Both the position numbers and the translations under genes were made by a program. Under the pieces are notes generated by a model, which ran no database searches, had not been told where the DNA came from, and saw only the letters and a program-made list of their open reading frames with translations. Shown here one piece after another: positions 28,276-37,816 of a DNA stretch of 64,000 bases (position 1 is its first letter; the number at the start of each line of letters is the position of its first letter). The DNA is taken from positions 23,558-87,557 of the forward strand of contig LVBI01000014.1 in NCBI GenBank assembly GCA_001603145.1, read 5' to 3'. This stretch comes from Spirochaetales bacterium Spiro_07 (GTDB taxonomy: Bacteria > Spirochaetota > Spirochaetia > Treponematales > Treponemataceae).

Positions 28276-30465
28276 TTAGTCTTTGCGGAATTCTTGTGCA
28301 AAAGTCTGAGCCGGCACAGGCTTGCCGAAAAGATAGCCTTGCACTTCATGGCAACCCAAATCTGCAAGCATGTTAAGCTGATTTTCAGTTTCAACGCCTT
28401 CAGCAAGAATCTGCATGTTAAGCGTGTCTGCAAGCTGAATTATTGAAGACAAAATCTTCTTGCCAACTGTATCTTTTTCAGCCTTATAGATGAAAGCCTT
28501 GTCTATCTTTAGAACGTCTGCCTTAATGTCGCGCAGCAAGACCAAAGAAGAATAGCCCGAACCAAAATCATCGATTGCAACCCTTATGCCGTACATATGA
28601 AGCTTCGCGATAAGGTCATTCAGTACGGCTGCATTTTCATACATGATTGTTTCGGTTATCTCAACCTCGATAAACTGCGGCGGCAGATTGTACTTTTCAA
28701 TCGTAGTTGTTATTACGTTGAAATAAATCGGGTTGAGCAATAGCAGCTTAGACTGGTTCACAGAAATCGGCACAGGTTCTATGCCAAAATCAATCCAGTG
28801 GCGTAAAAGCTGGCACGCACATTCCATCATATAAAGGTCAATCTGTATGATAAAGCCGGTCTTTTCAAAGACAGGAATAAACTCGTCAGGATATTTCTTG
28901 TCTTTTGCAGTGCTTTCCCATCTTACAAGAGCTTCGCTGCCGACAAGCCGCTTTGTTACAAGTTCGTATTTCGGCTGAAGATACATCTGGAATTCAAGAT
29001 TCTCAAATGCTTCGTGCATTGTGTTTTCAATCAGCTTTTGCCTAATGGCTTCTTGCCGAAGCTTTTCTTGATAAACAAAGCCCGGCACGCCTTCTTTTTT
29101 GGCGCAGTTATGAACGTGATTCGCCTTTTCAAATATTAAAGAAACATTATCTGTCGTCGATTCTTCAATTCTATAAAAGCCCACCGTAAAAGTTATGTGA
29201 TACGGCTTTTTGTTCTTTTCGAGCATCGCATTGAAAGAATCTGTAAAAATATCGCGTTTTGTAAGCAGCTCGTCTTCTGTGCCCGCAAAATTAGTAATTA
29301 TATAGAAAGTATCTGTAGTTGCACGGCACACAAGCCCAGAAGAAATATGGCTTCCGAGCATTTTGTAAACAAGCTTAAGAAGATTGTTGCCTTCGTCAAA
29401 GCCGTACAAATCATTGAAGATGCGGAAATCGTTGATGTCAAGGCAAACAGCAAGCAGCGCGTCTGACTTATGATAGTTGATGTACTTTTCTGCATCATCA
29501 AGAAATTTCTGGTAGCTTATGCCCTGCGTTACAGGGTCTGAAAAAGCATAAGCCTTAAGCTGATTGAGATGCGTCGTATAAATCAGCACCATAACCATAA
29601 TGAGTATTGAAAAAGCTAAAAAATTGCAAATTGAAGCAAGAATACTCCATAGATTCACCGAAGAATAACGCTCAGAAGCTTTCCGTTCCGGAATTACAGA
29701 AACAAGCTGCCATTTGTTTTGCGAAATATTATCAAAATATGCAAAATAATTTTCCTTGCCTATCTTGAAAACCTGCTTTATGCCGTTGCTGATATTTGCC
29801 GTCTTCAGATAAGCAAGCAGCTTGTCTTTGCCGTCTATATCTTCAGAAAAAGCTATGATGTTCTGATGTTCATCGAGCAAAAACGAATAAACATTTCCGG
29901 CAACGTTCTGAAAAAGCTTTTCGTTTGTTGTTGCCTGAATGTTTGTTCCGCCGAGTATTCCGCCAACTTTTCCGTCTTTATCAAAAATAGGAACCGAAAC
30001 AACAGAAAAGATTTTATTTTCTTCTATAAGGAAATTATTCAGCGTATAAAAATATGAATTTCCTTTTAGCCCTTCTTTAAAGAAAGGTTCTTGATCAAGC
30101 TGATAATGTTCATTTGCGTTGTTGACACAAGAACCGTCAAGCTGAACAAAAAACAAAAAGTCGAATGTTGTGTTTTTTTTGCAAAACGCAAGTTTTTCTA
30201 CAATTTTCTGCTCATCGTATGGCTGCGAAGCATCAAAAAAGAGAGACGCCATGTGGAGTGATTCTTTTCTTGAAGAAACGAATGAATCTATTTCATGCTT
30301 GTGCTGTTCCGAAACAGCTTCAAGCGTCATGTATACACTTTTCTTTGAGAAATTCTTCATTTGCAGCAGAAAAAGGCCGAGCGTGCATGCAACAAAAAGA
30401 GCAGCTATGAGAGCGAAAAGTAATATTTGATAACGCTTTTTGTACATATCCAAAAATCGCTGCAT
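28276..30465 (-). CDS. c-di-GMP phosphodiesterase: TM, Cache-like sensor, TM, degenerate GGDEF, EAL
   Basis: Start set at MQRFLDMYKK. EAL motifs EALVRW, EVEITE, AIDDFGSGYSSL, LKIDK, LAEGVET and QGYLFGKP. The GGDEF signature is replaced by ATTDTF. Confidence 0.85.
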   Translation of the reverse strand: MQRFLDMYKKRYQILLFALIAALFVACTLGLFLLQMKNFSKKSVYMTLEAVSEQHKHEIDSFVSSRKESLHMASLFFDASQPYDEQKIVEKLAFCKKNTTFDFLFFVQLDGSCVNNANEHYQLDQEPFFKEGLKGNSYFYTLNNFLIEENKIFSVVSVPIFDKDGKVGGILGGTNIQATTNEKLFQNVAGNVYSFLLDEHQNIIAFSEDIDGKDKLLAYLKTANISNGIKQVFKIGKENYFAYFDNISQNKWQLVSVIPERKASERYSSVNLWSILASICNFLAFSILIMVMVLIYTTHLNQLKAYAFSDPVTQGISYQKFLDDAEKYINYHKSDALLAVCLDINDFRIFNDLYGFDEGNNLLKLVYKMLGSHISSGLVCRATTDTFYIITNFAGTEDELLTKRDIFTDSFNAMLEKNKKPYHITFTVGFYRIEESTTDNVSLIFEKANHVHNCAKKEGVPGFVYQEKLRQEAIRQKLIENTMHEAFENLEFQMYLQPKYELVTKRLVGSEALVRWESTAKDKKYPDEFIPVFEKTGFIIQIDLYMMECACQLLRHWIDFGIEPVPISVNQSKLLLLNPIYFNVITTTIEKYNLPPQFIEVEITETIMYENAAVLNDLIAKLHMYGIRVAIDDFGSGYSSLVLLRDIKADVLKIDKAFIYKAEKDTVGKKILSSIIQLADTLNMQILAEGVETENQLNMLADLGCHEVQGYLFGKPVPAQTFAQEFRKD

Positions 30466-30814
30466 CTTAAGACCTTCTTCTCTATGGTAAAATTCCAGTA
30501 AAATTTTGGAAAACTGAAACCCACTATAAATGATATTATGATTGTAGTTTGCTGTCAAATAAAAAGAAATGTTAAAAAACAGAAGAATTCGCTATAAATT
30601 TCACAGATTTTTCAGAAAAGATTCTTGAAATCTGCATATAAAACCGATACTCATATTGGTTAGCGCAATAGGGTAAATTTCCTATTCATTAAACGATTAA
30701 CCGGATTCAAACTTATATTAGTCTTTTCATAAGGAATTGTTGTTTGTCATCTTATTTTGCAGCCATAAAAAAAGTTTCTTGCCGTAAAAGGTTCATCCTC
30801 CTAACTTTTACGGC

Positions 30815-30851
30815 CTAAAACCCAAACAGAAACAGCCTGTTTGGGTTTTTC
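30815..30851 (-). terminator. Terminator downstream of mtnN (also terminator-like on the plus strand)
   Basis: Stem CCCAAACAG (30821-30829) / CTGTTTGGG (30837-30845), flanked by A4 and T5. Confidence 0.7.
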
Positions 30852-30922
30852 TTTCGATGCGAATCAACAACCTGGCCACAAATGAAAAACAAACCCGAAC
30901 GGCCGCAAAACACTTGCACAAA

Positions 30923-31657
30923 TCAGATTAAAGAAATCATCTTCTGGACGAGCTTTGCGCTTAATTCAGCGGCGGCTTCTTCGTTGAAGCTGTATGTAGT
31001 CTCGCCGTTGTCGTCAGCCATGTCGCTCATGCATCTGATAACAATGAAAGGAATCTGGTTCAAGTAACAAGCTTGTGCAATTGCCGCGCCTTCCATTTCT
31101 ACGCAGGCAGGTGCGCAGTTTTCCATGATTTTTGCCTTCACGTCTTTAGAAGCGATGAACTGGTCGCCGGTTGCGACTCTGCCCTTTACAAGCGAATGAC
31201 CTTTGGCTTCTTTTAACGAGGCAAATGCCTTTTCGGCGGCTTCAATGAGCTTTGCATCTGCCTTAAAGTCAGAGCATTTCATGCCAGGAATTTCTGTAAT
31301 CTTATAGCCGAAACCAACGGCGTCCATATCGTGGTAAAGCGCGTCTGTAGAAAGAACTACGTCCTGCACCTTTAAGCCGTGAGCCATTGCACCTGCAATG
31401 CCTGTGTTTATCACATGGGTTACGCCAAATTGAAGCGCAAGACGCTGTGCACAAAGCGCGGCGTTTACCTTGCCTACGCCGGACTGAACAATTACAACAG
31501 GCGTTCCGTCAAGCAGACCTTCCATAAAAGTGCATGAACCTGCTTCTGTGATTTTTATTTCTGTTTCTTGCGGCAGCGGCTTCAAAAGGCTTTTGAGCAT
31601 TTTGACTTCAATATCCATTGCACCGATAATTCCAACTTTAATTGCTTTTTCTGACAT
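30923..31657 (-). CDS. mtnN: 5'-methylthioadenosine/S-adenosylhomocysteine nucleosidase
   Basis: Motifs VGIIGAMDIEV, TGIAGA and VEMEGAAIAQ. Confidence 0.9.
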   Translation of the reverse strand: MSEKAIKVGIIGAMDIEVKMLKSLLKPLPQETEIKITEAGSCTFMEGLLDGTPVVIVQSGVGKVNAALCAQRLALQFGVTHVINTGIAGAMAHGLKVQDVVLSTDALYHDMDAVGFGYKITEIPGMKCSDFKADAKLIEAAEKAFASLKEAKGHSLVKGRVATGDQFIASKDVKAKIMENCAPACVEMEGAAIAQACYLNQIPFIVIRCMSDMADDNGETTYSFNEEAAAELSAKLVQKMISLI

Positions 31658-31856
31658 AGTTTTTCCTGCTTATAATGAGTTTCTGAAAATATTTAATTGA
31701 GTATATCAAAAATGCGGAGCATTTGTCAGCAACAGTTTTTGCACAAATTATCCGCCAAAACCTTCAAGTATTTGTAAAATTATCGTAAAACATTGTCAAA
31801 AATCGCATTATTTGCAAACTTTTCAAGCATTTTGCAAAAAACCGCAACGTTTGCTA

Positions 31857-31883
31857 TTGACAATTTCAGTTTATTGTTATACT
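31857..31883 (+). promoter_or_regulatory. Candidate promoter with extended -10
   Basis: TTGACA (31857-31862), 15 nt spacer ending in TGT, then TATACT (31878-31883). Confidence 0.35.
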
Positions 31884-31887
31884 TTAT

Positions 31888-31958
31888 ATACAACAAACAG
31901 CAATACTTTGAAAAAAGGCCGTATTTTTTCTTTCCTCCTTTAGCGGCCTTTTTTCTTT
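31888..31958 (+). ncRNA. Putative short transcript or leader ending in a hairpin with a CCUCC-containing loop
   Basis: Stem AAGGCCG / CGGCCTT enclosing the loop TATTTTTTCTTTCCTCCTTTAG, followed by T6. Lies between the candidate promoter and the next plus-strand gene. Confidence 0.25.
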
Positions 31959-32070
31959 TTAAACCGCCTTTCAATTTTCTTTAAGAATATTCACATTTGA
32001 CTTTTACATTTTCCTAAAGTATTTTATCATTACTAAGACAACTAAATTCACATTGATACCGGAGGATTTT

Positions 32071-32790
32071 ATGTACATCGATCCATATTATATCATGCTT
32101 GTCGTGCCGACGCTTATCATTTCGCTTATAGCACAAGCAAAGGTCAAATCAACATTTTCAAAATATTCAAAACAGGCCTCAAAAAGAGGCATGAACGGCG
32201 CGCAGGCGGCGCAGCTGCTACTTAGGGCGAACGACATTACAGACGTGCGCATAGAGCATGTAGCAGGCAGCCTTACAGACCATTATGCACCGACACAGAA
32301 AGTTCTCCGCCTTTCAGATTCTGTCTATTCGCAGACTTCAATTGCCGCAATCGGTGTTGCAGCGCACGAAACAGGCCACGCTATTCAGCATGCGCGCGGC
32401 TATGCACCGCTCTGGCTTAGAAGCGCAATTGTTCCTGTGGCAAATTTCGGCTCAAAATTCGGGCCGCTTCTTGCGATTATCGGCTTGGGCTTCGGCTACG
32501 GCACATCTGGCAACGGCGGTTCTTCTCCAATCGGCGAGCTTTTGGTAAACATTGGGCTTGTGCTTTTTTCAGCTTCTGTCATTTTTTCGCTTATCACCTT
32601 GCCGGTTGAGTTCAACGCATCGCACCGCGCCATCAAGATTTTGCGCCAGACAAACACACTCGACGAAGAAGAACTTCGCGGCACTAAAAAAGTGCTTGCC
32701 GCCGCCGCAATGACTTATGTCGCTTCGGCATTAACCGCAATTGCTTCTTTCCTGCGAATTCTCCTCATTTCGAAAAACAGAAGAAGATAG
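32071..32790 (+). CDS. Membrane zinc metallopeptidase (YpfJ/PF04298-like)
   Basis: ATG start with a GGAGGA SD. HETGHAIQH zinc motif, with N- and C-terminal TM helices. Confidence 0.8.
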   Translation: MYIDPYYIMLVVPTLIISLIAQAKVKSTFSKYSKQASKRGMNGAQAAQLLLRANDITDVRIEHVAGSLTDHYAPTQKVLRLSDSVYSQTSIAAIGVAAHETGHAIQHARGYAPLWLRSAIVPVANFGSKFGPLLAIIGLGFGYGTSGNGGSSPIGELLVNIGLVLFSASVIFSLITLPVEFNASHRAIKILRQTNTLDEEELRGTKKVLAAAAMTYVASALTAIASFLRILLISKNRRR

Positions 32791-32793
32791 CAA

Positions 32794-33279
32794 ATGACAA
32801 AGATAATGTTCGTTTGTCACGGAAATATCTGCCGCTCAACAATGGCAGAATTCGTGATGAAAGATTTAGTAAACAAGGCCGGCCTCGCCGATTCGTTCTT
32901 TATCCGCTCAAGCGCCACAAGCCGCGAAGAAATCGGTAACGACACGCATTACGGCACAAAGCAAAAGCTCCGCGAAATGCACATTCCGTTTGAAAGACGG
33001 CAGGCCGTTCAGCTTACGCACCACGATTGCCAGGAATATGACTACATAATCGGTATGGACTACGCCAATATACGGAACATTCTGCGGATCGGCGGCGAAG
33101 ATGCCGAAGACAAGACACACCTGCTGCTTGAATTTGCGCCGGCTTCTTACAAAGGCGGCGTTTCAAGCATGTACGGCAGCATAAAAGAGATTGACGACCC
33201 GTGGTACACAGGCAATTTTGACCAGACTTTTGAAGATGTTTTTGCAGGCTGCAAAGGTCTTTTAGAGCATCTTCAATAG
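32794..33279 (+). CDS. Low-molecular-weight protein-tyrosine phosphatase
   Basis: P-loop VCHGNICRS (CX5R-S) near the N-terminus and a DDPWY acid loop. Confidence 0.85.
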   Translation: MTKIMFVCHGNICRSTMAEFVMKDLVNKAGLADSFFIRSSATSREEIGNDTHYGTKQKLREMHIPFERRQAVQLTHHDCQEYDYIIGMDYANIRNILRIGGEDAEDKTHLLLEFAPASYKGGVSSMYGSIKEIDDPWYTGNFDQTFEDVFAGCKGLLEHLQ

Positions 33280-33295
33280 CTTAAGCCCCGGAATG

Positions 33296-34741
33296 TTATT
33301 TTTTCCAGAATTCGGGGAAGAAGAACAAAATCAGCGTGTAAAGCTCAAGACGGCCGGCAAGCATTGCAAAGCAATACCACCACTTTACAAACGGAAGTAA
33401 AGCGCCGTAATTTTCAGAAGGACCGAGCATACCGAAGCCAGGGCCTATGTTGCCGACCATCGACAAACCGCCGGTGAACGCAGAGAAAAGGTCAAGCCCG
33501 CCCAAAGTGCCCACAAAAGTGGTTATCAGCACAAGAATTCCGTATAAAAAGCCGAACGCCGCAACACTGAAAACCAAATCCTTTCTTCCCGGGTCATTGT
33601 TGATGCGGATTGTGAAAATTCCGTGCGGATGCAGAAGATGGCGCATTTCGTTTGCGGCCTGCTTGCCGAAAACAACCCAGCGGATTACTTTGAAGCCGCC
33701 GCCTGTTGAACCTGAACAGCCGCCCACAAACATAAGCACAAATATTATGAACTGAGCCGAAGGTGCCCATACCGTAAAATCGGCGGTTGCAAAGCCAGTG
33801 GTAGAAACAATTGTTACAACCTGAAAAGCAGCAAGCCTTAAAGCTGTTGAAAAGCTCTTGTACTGCGGAAGAATGAAGATTGTTATGCCGGTTATGCACA
33901 CAAGAAGCAATACAATATAAACTTTCAGTTCCGTGTTTTCAAAAATGCTTTTGATTTTGCCGGTAAAAGCTTGAAAATAAAGGCTGAAATTGATGCCCGA
34001 AAGCGCCATGAAAATGCAGCAGACCCATTCAATTGAAGCTGAATTATATCCGCCTATGCTTGCATTTTTAGATGAAAAGCCGCCCGTTCCAAGCGTAGAA
34101 AACGAATGTGCAAGAGCATCCCAAAAAGACATGCCGCAAATCATAAGCAGAACAGTTTCAGCCAAAGTCATGCCGAAGTAAATAAACCAAAGAATCTTGG
34201 CAGTTGTGGCTATTTTGGGCGTAATCTTGCCTTTGTCCGGGCCGGTCGTTTCGGCTTTTACAAGCGTAAAACCGCCCGCATCCAAAAGCGGCAGCAGTGC
34301 AACCGTAAGCACCACAATTCCCATGCCGCCAAGCCAGTGCATCTGCATTCGCCACATGTTTATGCAATGCGGCAAAGGCTCAACCTCACTCAAGACAGTT
34401 GCGCCTGTCGTAGAAAAGCCTGAAACGCTTTCAAAAAGAGCGTCTGTAAACGACTTCATCGTGCCCGAAAGCAGAAGCGGAACAGCACCGAGAATGCACG
34501 CCATAACCCATGCAACTGCAACAAGCACATAGCCGCTCCGCAAAGAAAGCCGCTTTATTTTCTTGTTTTTTCCGGCAAACCACATGACGACGGCAAACAG
34601 AATACAGACGACAAACGGCAGCGCAAAGCAAGAAATCAGCTGATATTCTCCGTAATAAAGCGCACAAGCCACAGGAATTACAAAAGTCAAAGCGATAATT
34701 GCAAGCAAAAACGATATTAGCCGAACAACAAAAATGAACAT
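33296..34741 (-). CDS. trkH: TrkH/KtrB family potassium uptake membrane subunit
   Basis: About 10-12 TM, with repeated pore-loop motifs SGFSTTGATV, LGTGGFS, STTGFAT and GSTGGGFKV. Confidence 0.9.
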   Translation of the reverse strand: MFIFVVRLISFLLAIIALTFVIPVACALYYGEYQLISCFALPFVVCILFAVVMWFAGKNKKIKRLSLRSGYVLVAVAWVMACILGAVPLLLSGTMKSFTDALFESVSGFSTTGATVLSEVEPLPHCINMWRMQMHWLGGMGIVVLTVALLPLLDAGGFTLVKAETTGPDKGKITPKIATTAKILWFIYFGMTLAETVLLMICGMSFWDALAHSFSTLGTGGFSSKNASIGGYNSASIEWVCCIFMALSGINFSLYFQAFTGKIKSIFENTELKVYIVLLLVCITGITIFILPQYKSFSTALRLAAFQVVTIVSTTGFATADFTVWAPSAQFIIFVLMFVGGCSGSTGGGFKVIRWVVFGKQAANEMRHLLHPHGIFTIRINNDPGRKDLVFSVAAFGFLYGILVLITTFVGTLGGLDLFSAFTGGLSMVGNIGPGFGMLGPSENYGALLPFVKWWYCFAMLAGRLELYTLILFFFPEFWKK

Positions 34742-36178
34742 TTAGTCTCCAAATTTATCAAGCACATGCTTTGTGTCTTTCACGTCTGCAATAAACACAA
34801 GCTTATCGCCGCCTGAAAGCACGGTGTTGCCGTCTGCAATTGCATAAGACTCGCCTTTGTTGACAAGCAGAATCAAGAAAGTCTCATCGCCGCTTCTCAA
34901 GTCTTTAAGCGCTTTTCCGTCAACCTTTGAGTTTTTCGGCAGTTCATACTCGACAACCTCGAAGCTGCCCTCTGAAAGCGTGTGAATTCCGGTTACGCTC
35001 TTGCCGCGCAGATGGCTCATAATTGTGTCTACAACGGTGTCTTTAATCGGAACAACTACGTCGATGCCTATGTTGCGCGTAATTGATGCATAAGAAGAGC
35101 TTGTAACAAGGCAGATGCTCTTTGAGCAGCCCTGCGCCTTAAAATAAGCAGAAGTAACTATATTCAGCTCGTGGTTTCTTGTAGCCGCAATCACAAGATC
35201 ATAGCTTGAAAGGTCGCCTTCTTCAAAGATAAAGCTTTCATCGGTGATGTCAGCGTTGATTACATCAGCTTCTGGGAATTTTGCCTTAGCTTCTTTTGCA
35301 AGCTCTCGGTCTTTTTCGATTATTACAAGGTTGATTTTTGGCTTGAAACGCTTGTCAAAAACTTTTGAAAAGAAATTAGTCGCCCCGGACTTTTTCAAGA
35401 TTCCGTCAGCAACATTTGAGCCTACTTTGCCCGCACCGACGAGCGCGACACGCTTTATCGGTTTCTGACCGGTTGTGCCCGCAAGCTTAAGAAATTCTGG
35501 CAGCTGGCTCTTTTCAAGCAGCAGCGAAAGCGTGTCACCTGCATAAAGCTTCGTGTCGCCGCGCGGAAGGAATGATTCACCATTGTGCGAAACAACCGTA
35601 ATCAAAAAGCGGAACGGAACGAGCGGCTTTATAGCTTGAACGAGAATTCCTTCAAGGCTGCTTCCGGCTTCAATATCGAGAGAAGCAATTGCGTAAGGCG
35701 AATCTTCAAATTCCATCACCTCGGCAACTGCGCCATGCTCATAGGCGGCCACAATTATCTTTGCTGCTTCAACGTCTGGGTGAACCATAACGTCAATGCC
35801 GTAAAGCGGCGGCCGCGAAGTGTTCTCAAGCCATTTCTGCGCCGCAAGCAGCTTTGAATTGGCGTAATATTCGTCATTGCGCACACGCGCTATCTTGAAC
35901 ACATCGGGATAAACTGAATCGACGAGCGAGCAGGTTATCATATTAAGCTCATCAGATTCGGTAAGAGCCACGAGCGCATCAGCTTTTGCAATTCCGGCTG
36001 ATTCAAGCGTTTCAAGGCTGTTGCCGTTAGCCTGAACCACAAGGCAGTCCACACGGTCTGAAAGATGGCGGACAGTCTCTTCGTCATTGTCAATCAGCAC
36101 AACATCATTCTTTTCTGAAACAAGCCGCTTTGCAAGCTGAACGCCTGTAAAGCCCGCACCAACAATAATTATTTTCAT
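34742..36178 (-). CDS. trkA: Trk system NAD-binding regulatory subunit
   Basis: Start set at MKIIIVGAGFTGVQLAKRL. Second Rossmann motif VALVGAGKVGSNVA. Two RCK-C-like segments. Abuts trkH with no gap. Confidence 0.9.
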   Translation of the reverse strand: MKIIIVGAGFTGVQLAKRLVSEKNDVVLIDNDEETVRHLSDRVDCLVVQANGNSLETLESAGIAKADALVALTESDELNMITCSLVDSVYPDVFKIARVRNDEYYANSKLLAAQKWLENTSRPPLYGIDVMVHPDVEAAKIIVAAYEHGAVAEVMEFEDSPYAIASLDIEAGSSLEGILVQAIKPLVPFRFLITVVSHNGESFLPRGDTKLYAGDTLSLLLEKSQLPEFLKLAGTTGQKPIKRVALVGAGKVGSNVADGILKKSGATNFFSKVFDKRFKPKINLVIIEKDRELAKEAKAKFPEADVINADITDESFIFEEGDLSSYDLVIAATRNHELNIVTSAYFKAQGCSKSICLVTSSSYASITRNIGIDVVVPIKDTVVDTIMSHLRGKSVTGIHTLSEGSFEVVEYELPKNSKVDGKALKDLRSGDETFLILLVNKGESYAIADGNTVLSGGDKLVFIADVKDTKHVLDKFGD

Positions 36179-36300
36179 ACACTGAAAAACTAACACGAAT
36201 TGAACTGACGCGCAAGTCAAGAAATTGGGTCAAATATAACGACAAGCTGAAAAAGGTTTCGCTGAACAGCTTTATACCACATATCAAAAAATATATCGAA

Positions 36301-36867
36301 TTATGGATTTAAAATTTTTATTGTATTGCCTATTATGTAAAAACAGATGAAAAATGTAAAAATGAACAAACCAAAAGTTATTATAAAAGAAACTAGTATA
36401 TCCTTTTTAAGTGTTTCTCCAGATAATTCTAATCCAGAATTAGCTTTCATATAGTTAACAGCAAAAAAGTATTTGTATACAATTACAAGTAAATCCAAAT
36501 ATATACCAATATCCAAAAACATAAAAATAATATCTATTATTAATCTAATAAAATTCATTGAAACAATCATCTTGAAAATTAAATTTAGAATTTTTACATG
36601 TTCTTTCCGTAAAAATTTCTGGTATAATGTATATCCGAATAAAAAATCAAATAAAATTAATACAACTGCTCTTGCAAGCATTATAACGAGAAAACGAGTT
36701 GTTGACATTGACACTTTATCTGTCACTTGAAGCCATGAAAAAAGTAATATAAATTCAAAAAGGAAAACCATAATAATAGATGCTATAAAGAATGAATTCT
36801 TATAAGAATTCACTTCTTTCATGGCTTTTTTGTCCATAAACATTGTCAAAAAGACGTTTTTTAGCAT
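36301..36867 (-). CDS. Hypothetical polytopic membrane protein (AT-rich islet)
   Basis: 188-aa ORF with 5-6 hydrophobic helices, in a visibly AT-rich stretch. No motif recognised. Confidence 0.5.
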   Translation of the reverse strand: MLKNVFLTMFMDKKAMKEVNSYKNSFFIASIIMVFLFEFILLFSWLQVTDKVSMSTTRFLVIMLARAVVLILFDFLFGYTLYQKFLRKEHVKILNLIFKMIVSMNFIRLIIDIIFMFLDIGIYLDLLVIVYKYFFAVNYMKANSGLELSGETLKKDILVSFIITFGLFIFTFFICFYIIGNTIKILNP

Positions 36868-36911
36868 TTACTTTTCTCCTTAGTTTATCGCTTTAGGCTT
36901 TTCAACAGACA

Positions 36912-37322
36912 CTATAAGACATTGAAAGCACTAAATTTGTTGAAGGCTTTTCTGGTTTTGCAAAAATATTTATGAAAAAATCTTGAATACGAAAATCTTT
37001 TTATGACAAATGAATCGCTGGAATCTATTAAAACTATCAGCTGCTTATTGCCATTTTGAAATGCTTTTATCATGCCACCATACAAATATCCAGAATACAA
37101 GATTTTATTTCCTTCTGAAGAAATAACTCTCCACTCATTGGCGTCATCTCTTAATAAGCCCATTTTCTCATTAGCTTCAGCTAAAATTTGCACACTTATT
37201 GTTTCTTTTTTACCATTACTGTTTAAATCTATTTCTAATTTCTGAATGGTTTGCCAAGCTTCAGAAAGTCCACAAGAACAAAAGCAAATCAACATCAAAA
37301 CAAATAAAAAACCTTTTTTCAT
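36912..37322 (-). CDS. Hypothetical lipoprotein (AT-rich islet)
   Basis: MKKGFLFVLMLICFCSCGL lipobox. Starts 7 nt after the remnant stop codon at 37330-37332. Confidence 0.55.
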   Translation of the reverse strand: MKKGFLFVLMLICFCSCGLSEAWQTIQKLEIDLNSNGKKETISVQILAEANEKMGLLRDDANEWRVISSEGNKILYSGYLYGGMIKAFQNGNKQLIVLIDSSDSFVIKRFSYSRFFHKYFCKTRKAFNKFSAFNVL

Positions 37323-37329
37323 TTTATTC

Positions 37330-37378
37330 CTACCTTTTGTGGCATTCTGTGCAGCCTAAAATGTGCACGTGATGGGCG
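37330..37378 (-). pseudogene. Orphan 15-codon copy of the 3' end of the zinc-ribbon gene (AHHVHILGCTECHKR-stop)
   Basis: Aligns base-for-base with 37817-37865 at an offset of 487 nt. All 6 sense-codon differences are synonymous, and the stop differs (TAG vs TGA). An in-frame TAA lies a few codons upstream, so it is not part of a larger ORF. Confidence 0.75.
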
Positions 37379-37409
37379 TTAAACCTATTTTATGCCTAAA
37401 TGAATTGGA

Positions 37410-37802
37410 TTAAAAAGCCACAATTATTTCATATATTGCATTATTCTCGAATTTCATAATCCATAAAATATTAAGTTCATTCCAAATAAATTTTGAACCT
37501 ACATATTTATATTTGTCAAAATTCATTAATGAATATGCACTTTCAATCTCTTCTGGTTTAACTTGTTTCTCTTTTAGGCTATTTTGAATAATTTTATTAG
37601 TAAAATCAAAATCCCATTGGGGTTCAATTTTGCAAAAACGATTACAAATATCTTCATCATCATAATAGCCATAAAACTGAATTTCTCCAAAAGTATCATG
37701 CGATACAATAAAGCTCGTATCAATATCTTCAGTTTCTCTATTTGATTCTGCAAATACAAATGTAACTAAAAAAATCAAGATTAAGCATAAAATACGTTTC
37801 AT
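37410..37802 (-). CDS. Hypothetical exported protein (AT-rich islet)
   Basis: Start set at MKRILCLILIFLVTFVFA with an AGGAG SD. Begins 14 nt after the zinc-ribbon gene stop. Confidence 0.55.
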   Translation of the reverse strand: MKRILCLILIFLVTFVFAESNRETEDIDTSFIVSHDTFGEIQFYGYYDDEDICNRFCKIEPQWDFDFTNKIIQNSLKEKQVKPEEIESAYSLMNFDKYKYVGSKFIWNELNILWIMKFENNAIYEIIVAF

Positions 37803-37816
37803 TTGGTTGCTCCTGC

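Noticed and set aside
30466-30922. c-di-GMP riboswitch (GEMM-I/II) in front of the EAL gene
   Set aside because: By eye I could not find the conserved GEMM features, such as the tetraloop/receptor hairpins with the ...GCAAA...GGC...CCGG... cores. Only generic hairpins are present.
31780-31984. ORFs 31780..31974 (minus) and 31793..31984 (plus) in the mtnN / peptidase intergenic region
   Set aside because: The first has a TTG start, and both give low-complexity Lys- or Phe-rich products. They mirror each other across an AT-rich promoter and hairpin region, and neither has a credible RBS.
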